From NCBI GenBank assembly GCA_963693365.1, contig CAVNZM010000002.1, forward strand, positions 10,782,328-10,846,327: 64,000 nt of DNA. Reading direction: 5' to 3'. The DNA is from Amoebidium appalachense. Lineage: Eukaryota > Protista > Ichthyosporea. The notes under the pieces were generated by a model that worked only from the letters and a program-made list of their open reading frames with translations, was not told the origin of the DNA and did no database searches. Shown here one piece after another: positions 1 through 11,725 of the stretch (the first letter of the stretch is position 1; every line of letters starts with the position of its first letter). The position numbers and the translations under genes were made by a program.

Positions 1-140
1 TGCCTCCCAACGAAAGTCTACTACTTCATTCTTTGATACGCACGCACACACATGTACACGCGACGCGTGGCTGTAGTACGCACTTGACTAGGCTCCGCTG
101 AGAATCCTTTTACATCCCTCTTTTGGGCAATACCCGTACA
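1..140 (+). repeat. 3' part of the 5' LTR of element A
   Basis: Direct repeat of 24083-24219, ending in CA; truncated by the window edge. Confidence 0.85.
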
Positions 141-141
141 G

Positions 142-154
142 TCTGAGCTACACC
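142..154 (+). other. Putative primer-binding site of element A (TCTGAGCTACACC)
   Basis: Starts 1 nt after the LTR end. Reverse complement GGTGTAGCTCAGA resembles the 5' acceptor strand/D-stem of tRNAs (tRNA-Ala-like). No TGG start. Confidence 0.55.
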
Positions 155-278
155 TAATTTTCGGCCACAGCATAGTCTTTTTGCGCAATATCATATTCAC
201 AGCGTCGCAGCTACCGCGTCAGAGATTCTTCTGAGGAGGAGTCAGACAACCCCTACGCACCCACGTACGACGGACTAA

Positions 279-2863
279 GTGACTTTGACAACGACAATGG
301 AGGAAGTGAGTCCGACGGTTACGCTGACAGTGCGTCAGACGGCAGTCATGATGCAGGCAGACACGGTGCATACGCACCTAAAAGCGCTGATTCTGATGAA
401 CAAGACAGAGAGGGGTCCGTTGGTGAGCGCGCTGCAGATTCAGAGGTGGTACTGTCTCCTGCAGGCAGCGGCATACTGGACGAGAGTGATGAAGACCATG
501 AGTCTCGGGACGGAAACCAAACATCACCAAGCCCTCCAGTCAACCGACGTCGTCGCCAGCGCGATACAGAAAATGAACGGTCACCTATGGACGACACAAG
601 TGATTCTGAGCACATACGCCCCCCCGCTGCACGCGCACCTCTCGGTGGTGTGTTCTTGCCCCCCTTTTCCGGTCGCGGCATGCCCGCACCTGACAGACTG
701 GACAACACTGCGCCTCGCGCTGATAAAGGCCCACGAGTCAGGTTCAGACCTAGTGCAGCTGATGAGAGCGATGGCGACGGAGTACTCTGAGAACCCTGCA
801 CCAAACGACAACCGCGGCAGATCACCCGTTCGGGGCCCTCGCTCTGACACACGCAACGACAAACATGGACATCGCTCTACGGAGCGTTCATTGGCCAACA
901 CCGACACTGACATGGCGCGACGTGAGCAACACGACAAAGGCAAAGATCATGTGGGCACAACACCCCGCCTTTCGGGCCCTCACAGAGTAATCATTCCTGA
1001 TGATCCCATGTGCCTGCAGCTGTGTTACCTTCTCCAAGCCGCCAAAGAGCACATGATGTTCGAAGATCCGCACGCACCCAACCACGGCATGCCCAAGGTT
1101 GGTCCCAAGGGGACATGTGACCAGTCGACGGTGGTTTTTGACATGATGTGGCGCTGCCCCGACGACCACAAGTGGCACAAGGGTGCAGAACGGGCCTTTT
1201 CGGAGGTGTTTGTTAAGCACCCCAAGAAATTCCTTCGTCAGATTACCCGTCACTATCTCACCGAGAAGCAAGTCTCACGTCTATCCCTGAAGGACGCGGT
1301 GGCCCGCAGTATGGACAACAGAGACTTTGTCGACGAAACCATCTCAGCAATGGATGCCCTCGCCACGTGTGCGGAAAAGCTCGGGCGCAATGGGCACGCA
1401 CTGATCGCTAAGACCGTACAAATGCAAGCTGAGATGGTTCTACGTGCATGGGAGCTGGCCGATGCTGCTAATCCCATGGAACTCGACGGCACACCCGCCA
1501 AACTGTCCAATCGCACAACCAAGCCACTTGCTCTGTTCTCCGAGGAGGATTCCTTCGGCCAAAAGCTCTCTAGCTTCACCGGTTGCGGCACGGCATCTGG
1601 CCTATATGGCACGTCGGAACAGCGCGACTTCATCCAGCAACACATGCACCAGTTCCTCGATCATTGTTCAGACCTCAAGTACTTCAACGGCCGCAAGATC
1701 GACGGTCCTCTCCCACGCCAGACCAACAAAACGTTCAAACCAGACAAGGAGGTGTGGCCGGGCGTAGTGCAGAGCATCGCAGACCACGTTTCACGCCCCA
1801 TGCCCGACTTTTCCTACATCGTCGAGCATTGGCACAAGGAGCAGTACGGCAACACCTACGGCAACGGGGTCTATGCTGCATACCTCGCCGCTCTCGCCAC
1901 CAAATTACGCAAAATGGGTGGCGACAACCCGCTGTCCCACGCCAATGTTGCGGCTGACTGCTTCATGCGTGGTCTCGCCCAGGTCAACGACGACAATGTC
2001 GCCGACATGTTTGAGGCAATTGCCAACGAGTACCGCACACATGATCGAGTGACGTCAGCCCGCCAACGTCTCAGCATTCTGCCAGGCACCAACCACATCG
2101 GCAAGCTCCGTGATAATGATGGTGAAAGGCAGAGCATGCACCTGCGCAAGTATTTGCACACCCTCCTCACTGCCGCAATGATCGACAACCCGGCCATGAA
2201 GTGGTTCACGTTCAAACAAATCCTCAACAATCACTTCAAAAACCAGCGCCCCACCATCCACTTCACTTTGGACCACATCCGGTTTCCCGTCGACCTCGCC
2301 ACCGGCGAACCCATCGTCAACATTTCTAAAGAAGAATCACAACGCATTATCATCGACGCCCTCGTCACATTTTGCCAAGAAGTTCCGGCGGGGCCCCTCC
2401 CCCCCCCCGACCAACCGGTCCACCCCACCCTTCAAAGATCTGCGCGAACTGATTCCACGCAAGCGGGGTGATGACGACTCGGAGGCACCAGTGCGCGATT
2501 TTGGTGCACCCACTTTCCGCGGCGGCAGGGGTGGTGGTGGTGGTGGAAAATTCGGACGAGGCGGCCACCATCACAGTGGCGCGCCGGCGGCAATCGGTAG
2601 TCAGGGCCATGTAGTACGACAGACCCCCTGGAGGCGCAGGTGGACACAACAACTACGAAGGGGGCCGAGGCGGTCATGGTGGAAACGGCGGTGGATACGG
2701 CGGTCGTGGTGGTGGCCAGCGTGGTGGCGGCGGCAACTGGCACCAGAGAGGCGGTCATGGTGGCAACCCCGGGCCTAAGGGTCACGGCGGAAACCCCCAA
2801 GGCAACAAACCTGACCAGCCTGCCGGCAACAACAACAAGGGCGGCAATGCCCCTAAGAATTGA
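279..2863 (+). pseudogene. gag: Large Gag-like ORF of element A, frameshifted near 781, 2400 and 2611
   Basis: Acidic N-terminal frame (ORF 446-790), long central ORF (279-2471), then a Gly/Arg-rich tail (RGGRGG...GGYGGRGGGQRGGGG) ending at TGA 2861-2863. Lies directly after the LTR/PBS. True start not resolved. Confidence 0.65.
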
Positions 2864-3244
2864 CGGTGCGCGGGCACAACAGCGGAACATTTGCAGGAGC
2901 GAAGTATTTCCGCTCAGTTTTGTATATGTACAAGTTTTTTTGGATCGTTCCAAGAATATTTTTAGTGTTGGTATTCTGTCCTCGGTTGCCCCACTCTGTT
3001 CAAGCGTACAAGTGGGTGGAATAACAACCCCATGCTGGTCACCGGCAGTGCCGGTTCAGCAAATAATACCACACATATTTTCGATGCAAATGTCTCAAGT
3101 TCTCTGCTGTTGCTGCCCCCCCCCAACCACTCCCACTCCTCACAATGTTGTGAATGGGACCAGTTCTCAATTTTCCGACCAACATCACACCCACAACTGC
3201 ACACCAGATGGGCCATCCCTCTCTCTCCTCCCCTCCCTCCCCTC

Positions 3245-3280
<36 letters not shown>

Positions 3281-3562
3281 ACCCCACCCACCCCCCTCAC
3301 CCCCTTTACCCAACCCCCCACCCAACTCCTGTTCTGAGGAACCCAACACATGCACAAGTACGGCTGTGGACTCGGAAAATGTGTGTGATTCAGACCAGAG
3401 CCTACGCAGTTCTGTCGAACACATACCGACATGTGCACACCAAAGCGAGTCACCCCGTGTGGGTCTGACCATTTTTGTGCACACAATCACAACTACTCCA
3501 ACTTACAACGATGACAACGACAACGGTGGCGACAAGCGGGCACGGGATGAGCAAGAGACAGA

Positions 3563-4476
3563 GTGTGCAACACGGTTGGGTGCTACCAAACGTCCGCACA
3601 CCGAGCACACACTGTGGCACACTCTCCTAGTAATGAACATGCTCCACCGGTCCCTGTGATTCCTGCGGCCGTTCCCGTCGCACCGTCACTTCAAGACGAC
3701 ATGCCTTTTTCTTTGAAGGCTCCTCAGGCTCCTGCTCCACCAGAGGTGTTGCCTACGTCACGTCAATTTTTACTTACGTTGTTCACCAACAACCTGCACA
3801 CCAAAGCCCTCTACGATGATGGGGCTGAGGTGAGCCTCGTCACGCACTCCTTGTGGCAACAAATCCAGAAAGAGATTCCCGGCATCGTCCTATATCCCCC
3901 ACCTGGGTGGGCGACAGTGTCAGGTGTTGTCCCCGGACCCAAAATGGACGTTATGGGTACATCCATCGTGCCCTTTACCTTGGGTAAAATCCGACTGGAG
4001 TGGCATTTTGTTGTGGTGCGCGAAATGCAAGGCCCAGAGATGATCCTCGGCCGCGACTGGGATAATGCATGGGTGTTGGAGAAATCCAATGTCCGCAGCA
4101 CCCTTCTTCTGCGCACCAAACACACCGTACATCTTCTTTCCGACTGTGTGTCCCACGTGGATGCACATTGCCGCGTGACCGAATTCAAAGTTCGTCACCA
4201 TCCCGGCACATTCCGTCAAACGAGTGTGGCTGCAGGCACGCACCCACATGCCAGCGTGCTCAGCTCTCTTCATTCCTAATGACGGAATTATGTCAAGTAT
4301 CCTCGGTGCAGACATGGTGGAGGTGATGCCCAACCACCAGGTCGGGATATTTGCATACAACTACACAGACCAGGATATACACCTGGCCCCGGTTAATGTT
4401 GGTCAAGTGGTCTCACTTACGCCAAACACCGCCATCGTTGGGTATCAATTCACATCAACGGATTTCCTCGACTACC
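3563..4476 (+). pseudogene. pol: Aspartic protease region of element A pol (5' part, interrupted by insertion)
   Basis: ALYDDGAEVSLV and MILGRDW retropepsin motifs, followed by a dUTPase-like linker (VGIFAYNYTDQDIHL). Confidence 0.8.
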
Positions 4477-4554
4477 GTGCTAGCGTGTTAGCTACACGCA
4501 TTAGCTACACGCAACAGCGCAACATGGCCGCAAGCAAGCGGCGGAATGTGGGGA

Positions 4555-5479
4555 TGTTGTAATACGTAGCATCTACATATGGTAAGATCTTCTCAGTTTG
4601 TGTTATGTTTCAGTTCATATGCTTAGTGTATATGCCACACTCCTATTATGTAAAATGAAGCATCGATCTCCGATATGCTTGTATACTTGTAATCGTGTTG
4701 TATCGGCTCTAATCGTGTATTGTAATATCGATTAGAATATTTATATGTGTGTACACGGATCCACCCACTCAGGGAGAGACGTGTACATGTTCGTGTGTAC
4801 ATAAATATCTCTGGTTATAGTTATGCTATTACTATCTTGTTTGTTGATCTGTGCTCTCCTTTCCTTTCTCTTTCTCCTTCCTTATTTTCTTTTCTTTCTC
4901 TCCTTGTCTTCATGTGTATAATCGTATTTCTTTTCTACTAATATATGTTAGGTAGATTTGTGTTACTTAATACGTGTTCATTGGACGGTAACACACTTAG
5001 GCTACACTTAGAATAACATGTGTGATTAGACTTCATTAATTTACTTTAGTTTTCATGTGTTGCCGGGCTTTAACCAATCATCAAGGTTAAGTGTGATATG
5101 TCTGAGTCTTTGCACTGTGTCATAGGTTAGAACTTCCTTGATGATGACACGAGTTGATCTTAACTAGTGTCTGTGTCCTATCGTGTACGTCTCCGCGTAC
5201 CAGATCTCTCTGAAAGCAATTGGTTCTTAGTGATTGGTTTCTATTAGAGATAGATCTGATTTCCGACTGGTCGGAAATCATGTATGGATTGGACTTAGAG
5301 GAATTTCAGGTATTTATTCGAAGATCAGAATAAATTCAGTTCAGTCGTGTCTAAACATTGATGTCTGTTGTGTACACTGCTCCGATCGTTCCGTGTTTTG
5401 TTGTTGTGTGTGTCTGTGGTGTTTTCACACTGCACCACTGTGTCTCTGCTTACATCCCAAATACTTATATAATTTAACA
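4555..5479 (+). repeat. 5' LTR of Copia B (925 bp)
   Basis: Near-identical to 10372-11309; by eye one substitution plus 3-bp and 10-bp indels. Confidence 0.95.
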
Positions 5480-5493
5480 GGTTATGCAGCCCT
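5480..5493 (+). other. Half-tRNA-iMet type PBS (GGTTATGcAGCCCT)
   Basis: Matches the Ty5/copia-type GGTTATGAGCCCT motif, antisense to the anticodon arm of initiator tRNA-Met, with one inserted C. Confidence 0.75.
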
Positions 5494-5541
5494 TTTGCAC
5501 GCTCCCTACACACATCTAGAACTAGCGCTCGTTTTTCAATC

Positions 5542-8500
5542 ATGGATCCAAACAAAACTGGCGTAAACAAAATCACCATGTGGAAAGGTGAAGGGAAGAC
5601 TGGTCCCGATAGCAAAACCACCTATTTTCAATGGGAAATCATTTTTCTCGGCATGATGACCGGCACTAAAGGTGTCCGACTCGTGGATGTTGTACTTGCT
5701 GACAACTACGTCCCCCCTACCACCGTCGCGGTTGACGGTGAACCCCCCTTCTATGGCTACGGCACTACCGCGGAACTCAAGGAGGCCCGCAATTGCCTCC
5801 TGCTCCATATGATACAGAACATCGACCCTTCCGTCCTCACCACCGTTGCCCAGTACCGTATTGGCATGGACCCTGAACGGGCCATGTGGAAATTCCGTCA
5901 ACACTATCTCCAAGGCAAACCCGATCAGATCCGCATCCTTCACCGTCAGTGGGATGCCTGTGCCCTTCAGCCCGGTGAATCATTCACCACCTACCTGAGC
6001 CGTCTGCAGACCATCGTGAACCAGCTCCAGTCTCTTCAAGATGAGTCCATTCACTTCACTCGTCTAGCTGAGAAGTTCTTCAATGAACTCACCACCAGAG
6101 ACGACCTCACCCCTGAGTTCAACCGTCTTATCGAAGACTATCACTTCGGTGATAAGCTATTCCCCGACTTCGAGTCCCTCCACAACCACGTCAAGGGCAT
6201 CGAGTTACGTCAAGACCTCAAGATGCAACTCCGGAGCAACCGTGCCCACCGTGCCTCCAAGTCCAGCATGGCATTAAATGCCAGTGCTCCTCCCCGTGAT
6301 CTTCCTCGCCGTGACTTACGCAACCGACTTGACCGTACCCCTGGTACGGACCTCCGAACTCGTCTCTCCCGTCAGCACACCCGATCCCGTTCCCCCCACC
6401 AGCCTGCCTTCCGGTCCACGTCTCGTTCCCCCAGTCATTCCCGTTTCTCGGGTTCCCGTCGTTCTGATTCCCCGGCTCGTTCTAACACCCCGTCCGTGAA
6501 AGAATGCTCCTACTGCCACGAGCCTGATCACACGATCATCGATTGCCCTGAGCCGAAATGTCGTATGTCCAGACACAACCGTTCCCGTCAAGGCAGTGAG
6601 AAATCTGTCTCCTTTGCTTTCTCGGCATACAATGCTAGCTCCGTCCCCATGTCCTCCGACCCTGCCTGGGATTCCGGGTGCAACATGACTGTCTGCCCCA
6701 CCCGTGAGTTCTTCCATGACCTCACTCCCCTTCCGACACCGACTCCCGTTGCTGCCTTCAATGGCACCCCCGTCTTGGCCACTCACACCGGCCATATCGT
6801 CATCAACACCACCACCGACCATGGCACTGCCACCCTTACCATTGAAGCCTACTACACCCCGTCTGGCCAAGCCTTCCTCATTTCAACATCCCAAGCTGCT
6901 GCCGAATACATCAAGGGTGATTTGAACGATGCCTCCACTCCGTCATTCCTCTTCGACCGACTCACCGGCCGTCATCTCGTCAACCTCCGTCTACACAACG
7001 GTCTGTATTACTTCAAGGACTACACCATTCAACCACCCACTCGTCCTGTGGCTCTGGCTGCCACTACCAGTGTTAACCCATCCATCTGGCACCATCGTCT
7101 GGGGCACCGTGCTATGACCAGCATCAAGGACATGGTGAAACACGACCTTGTCATTGGTCTCCCCTCGTCTGTCCTCGACTGTGATGTTCCTGATTGTCAT
7201 GGCTGCATTATGGGTAAAACCACCAAGGCTCCGTTCAAGGGTGACTGTCCTCACTCCAACATCCCCGGTCATGAATGGCATTGGGATTTTTTTGAGCCTA
7301 CCACAACATCGTACGGAGGTTCCAAGGTTGCTCTCGTCACTGTCTGCCGTGCCTCTGGACTCGTCAAGATCTACCCGATGGCCGACCGTACCACCACCCT
7401 GGACATTCTCACAGCTCACACCAACCTCGTTGCCACCCATGCCCCCTCCAAAGTTGGTGTCTACCACTTCGACTCCGGCTCTGAGTTCACCTCCAAGGCT
7501 ACCCGTGCTTTTTGCCTCTCCCAGGGCATCAAGGCCAGCTATGCTCCGGTGGACCTGCCCTCAACTGAACGGCTATGTTGAACGTCGTATGCGGTTCCTC
7601 CAAGAGATTGTCCGTTGCCTCCTCCATCAAGTCCAAGATCAGTCTCTGTCCCCCAAACTGTGGGCTGAGGCCCTACAACATGCTGCCTACATCATCAACG
7701 TCACCCCGTCCACGACTGCCAATGGTCGTACACCATTCGAGGTTTTCTACGGTGTCAAGCCCGACATCTCCGAGCTCAAAGTGTTCGGTTGCCCTGCCTA
7801 CACTCACGTGCCAGCCTCTAAACGGAACAAGCTGGCCCCCACCGTCAAACTCGGCATGTATATCGGCTATGATCTTCAATCACACTGCCACCGGATCTTC
7901 AATCCCACCACCCATCGTGTCGGCCTCTTCCGTGATGTGATTTTCGACGAATCAGCTTATCTCCCGTCCGACATTCCATCAACACTTCCGACCCCCGACA
8001 CCACTGCTACCTCGACCACCCCACCCCCCACAGTTGACACTGAAGATGATGTTTGTCTGGTGTACTCTGGCCCCCCTCCTGCCATCGTCGTTCCCCCGGC
8101 GACACCCCCCCCCCACCGGCCCCCCTGCCCCCGTGCCCGTCCAGCCTGCCGACCCTCATCCTGCCCCTGGCAACGTCACACCCATCCGACCCGGCTCCCC
8201 CGACCACTTCCACTCGGCCCCGTCCAGCCCGGAGGTTGCCCCCCCTGCACTTCCGAACTTCCAAGTTCCCCCCCCACCGTCTCCACCTCCCCCGGTTCCT
8301 GCACCCCGTCGTTCTGCCCGTCTACAGGGCAAGGTTGGACTTCAAGCCACCACCACCCTCCCAGTCCCCCCCGGTCCCCCCATCAACATCGACCAACTAC
8401 CCAAACTTGTCCGTCAACTGTGTTCCGGACCCAATGGTGACCAGGTCAAGTCAGCCCTGACTGCTGAGTATCAAGCCTTCGTCGACAAAGACATCTTTGA

Positions 8501-9954
8501 ACTTGTTGACCCTCCCCCTGGTGCTAACATCGTCGGCTTCAAGTGGATTGTCTCCGAGAAAACTCTCAACTCGGCTGGTGACACCAAGATCAAGGCACGT
8601 GGTGTTGCTCAAGGCTTCAGTCAGCAATACGGTGTTGACTATGAGTTGATTGAGAGCCCTGTCATCCGTCCGGCTGCTCTCCGTGCCATCCTAGCTCTGG
8701 CCGTTGTTGAGGGTCATGACATCCATCAACTCGACGTGTCTACGGCCTTTCTCAACAGCCCACTCACCGAGACCATCTACATGAAACAACCCCCCGGGAT
8801 TCATCACCATGGCCACACTTGGCAAGGTCTGGAGACTCAAGAAAGCCCTGTACGGCCTCAAGCAAGCCTCCAAGGCTTGGTACGACTTCCTCGACGGCAT
8901 TCTTCTTGCCCATGGCCTGACCTGTACTAAGACCGACCCGTGCATCTACCTCCGGTTCTTCCCCAACAACGATGTGGTTCGGGCTGGTAACTACGTCGAC
9001 GACTCCACCATCACCAACACCCGGGGTTCTACTGCTGCCAGTGACCTAGCTGCCCACATCAGCAAGATGGCCAGCTGTCGTATGAGTCCATTTGACCGTA
9101 TGCTCGGTGTTGATTTTAATCACTCTGATCCCCATCACCTCCACATGCACCAGAGGTCTTACATCATGGATATCATCCACGACTTCAACCTCACCGATGC
9201 CAAGTCCAAGTCTACCCCCATCCCTGCAGGCACCACCGTCTCCCTGGCTGACTGCCCCCCCCAACCGTTCACCGTGCCCTACCGTGAGTTACTCGGCCGT
9301 CTCCTCTGGGTGGCACGGTGCACACGTCCCGACATTGCCTATGCCATCGGCTTCCTTGGTCGGTTCAGCACCAACCCCGGCAAGACTCACTGGGACCTTC
9401 TCCGTCGTGTGGCCCGGTACCTGCTCGGCACCATTGACCTTGGCATTGACTACAAGTACTCGGCCACCCAGTCCCCCATACTCGAATGCTACACGGATGC
9501 TGACTTTGCTGGTTGTGCCGACAGCAAGAAGTCTACCACCGGCTACATTATCGAGTTTGCTGGTATGCCCATCATCTGGTACTCCAAGCTCCAGCCCATC
9601 ACGGCCACCAGCACCACTGAAGCTGAGCTGATTGCTCTCAATGCTGGCACCCAAGAAGTTGCTTGGGTCCGTGACCTCTTCAAGGAACTCGGCTGTCCCA
9701 TGCTTGCTCCGACTCCGGTGTACTGTGACAACCAGTCGACCATTGCCATCGTCAACTCCACCGGCATCAAGCACCGTACCAAACACATTGCCGTCCGGTA
9801 TCACAACACCAAGGACTACATTGCAAGTGGGGACGTGGTTGTCCACTACGTTGAGTCAGCCCACAACTTAGCTGACATCCTCACCAAACCCCTCCCCGGC
9901 CCGCGTCATGTCCACCATCGTGCTCGACTTTGTTTACCGGATATTGTGGATTGA
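5542..9954 (+). pseudogene. gag-pol: Copia gag-pol polyprotein with frameshifts near 7550, 8110 and 8795
   Basis: Zn knuckle CSYCHEPDHTIIDC; protease WDSGC; IN WHHRLGH...CHGC, FDSGSEF, PQLNGYVER; RT LDVSTAFL, LKKALYGLKQA, YVDD; RNase H YTDADFAG, TKHIAVRYH, ADILTK. Confidence 0.93.
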
Positions 9955-10371
9955 CCCGACCTACTTCAAGAGTGATTTTCTAATGTTTACTACTTACTTT
10001 ATCATAATCATTATTTCATATGTATTGCCTTTGTGGGTATGCCCACTTAGGGTTTATATATAAGGTTTGACCTGTACCATGACTCTACTCTATCTTTCAC
10101 TGGTTTAAAACCCAGTTAATCAAACCCCGACTATACACGTTATACATATTCGTTGTTTTTGCCCCGGTTCCTTCCCCCCCCCCCCTTCCCCCCCCCCCCC
10201 CCTTCCCCCCCCCCCCTTTTCCCCCCCTCCCCCCCTTCTCCCCCCCCCCCCCCCCCCCCCCGGGAAAAGTACACACTTTAATTTTTTTTTTCCGTTTCTG
10301 TTCTCAAGTGGGGAGATTTCACTAGTTCAGTGGGGATATGATAACACAAACTTCAAAGTCTTAAGTGGGGA

Positions 10372-11309
10372 TGTTGTAATACGTAGCATCTACATATGGT
10401 AAGATCTTCTCAGTTTGTGTTATGTTTCAGTTCATATGCTTAGTGTATATGCCACACTCCTATTATGTAAAATGAAGCATCGATCTCCGATATGCTTGTA
10501 TACTTGTAATCGTGTTGTATCGGCTCTAATCGTGTATTGTAATATCGATTAGAATATTCAATATATGTGTGTACACGGATCCACCCACTCAGGGAGAGAC
10601 GTGTACATGTTCGTGTGTACATAAATATCTCTGGTTATAGTTATGCTATTACTATCTTGTTTGTTGATCTGTGCTCTCCTTTCCTTTCTCTTTCTCCTTC
10701 CTTATTTTCTTTTCTTTCTCTCCTTGTCTTCATGTGTATAATCGTATTTCTTTTCTACTAATATATGTTAGGTAGATTTGTGTTACTTAATACGTGTTCA
10801 TTGGACGGTAACACACTTAGGCTACACTTAGAATAACATGTGTGATTAGACTTCATTAATTTACTTTAGTTTTCATGTGTTGCCGGGTTTTAACCAATCA
10901 TCAAGGTTAAGTGTGATATGTCTGAGTCTTTGCACTGTGTCATAGGTTAGAACTTCCTTGATGATGACACGAGTTGATCTTAACTAGTGTCTGTGTCCTA
11001 TCGTGTACGTCTCCGCGTACCAGATCTCTCTGAAAGCAATTGGTTCTTAGTGATTGGTTTCTATTAGAGATAGATCTGATTTCCGACTGGTCGGAAATCA
11101 TGTATGGATTGGACTTAGAGGAATTTCAGGTATTTATTCGAAGATCAGAATAAATTCAGTTCAGTCGTGTCTAAACATTGATGTCTGTTGTGTACACTGC
11201 TCCGATCGTTCCGTGTTTTGTTGTTGTGTGTGTCTGTGGTGTTTTCACACTGCACCACTGTGTCTCTGCTTACTAAGTAGTACATCCCAAATACTTATAT
11301 AATTTAACA
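10372..11309 (+). repeat. 3' LTR of Copia B (938 bp)
   Basis: Direct repeat of 4555-5479 with 13 extra bases. Confidence 0.95.
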
Positions 11310-11313
11310 GGTC

Positions 11314-11723
11314 TAGCTCGCCGCATTTTGTAGCAAGCCGAGGCCCGGGGCGTCGAGATGCGAGCATAGCTCGCCGCATTTTGTAGCAACCGAGGCCCGG
11401 GGCGTCGAGATGCGAGCAAGAACCCCTTGGATACGTCTCAGGCGGTGGGCTACGCTGAAAGAGCCCTTCTTGCGCACCGTGGCTCTCTTAGGAATGCAAC
11501 CACAGTGCAACACGGCAGAGTGGAGGTAGGCTCCTCGTGTGGGAGTAGTGCCTCCATCTGGGCCACTCGGCAGCAGCACTGTGGATTTAGCTGCCACAAC
11601 CGTGGCTCTCTTAGGAATGCAACCACAGTGCAACACGGCAGAGTGGAGGTAGGCTCCTCGTGTGGGAGTAGTGCCTCCATCTGGGCCACTCGGCAGCAGC
11701 ACTGTGGATTTAGCTGCCACAAC
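11314..11723. repeat. Two tandem duplications (53/52 bp at 11314-11418; 123 bp at 11476-11723)
   Basis: Directly visible adjacent duplicates. Confidence 0.9.
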
Positions 11724-11725
11724 AA

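Larger units (their letters stand above)
4555..11309 (+). mobile_element. Ty1/Copia LTR retrotransposon B nested in element A
   Basis: LTRs 4555-5479 and 10372-11309 (TGTTG...TAACA). Gag-PR-IN-RT-RH order. PBS at 5480; PPT AAGTGGGGA before 10372. Confidence 0.95.

Noticed and set aside
142-175. A tRNA gene on the minus strand at the element A PBS
   Set aside because: Only the 13-nt 5' motif matches; the downstream minus-strand sequence is LTR with no B-box or cloverleaf.
4747-5566. Small hydrophobic ORFs in Copia LTRs as env-like genes
   Set aside because: They lie within AT-rich LTR sequence, are duplicated with the LTR, and reflect T/C-rich low complexity.
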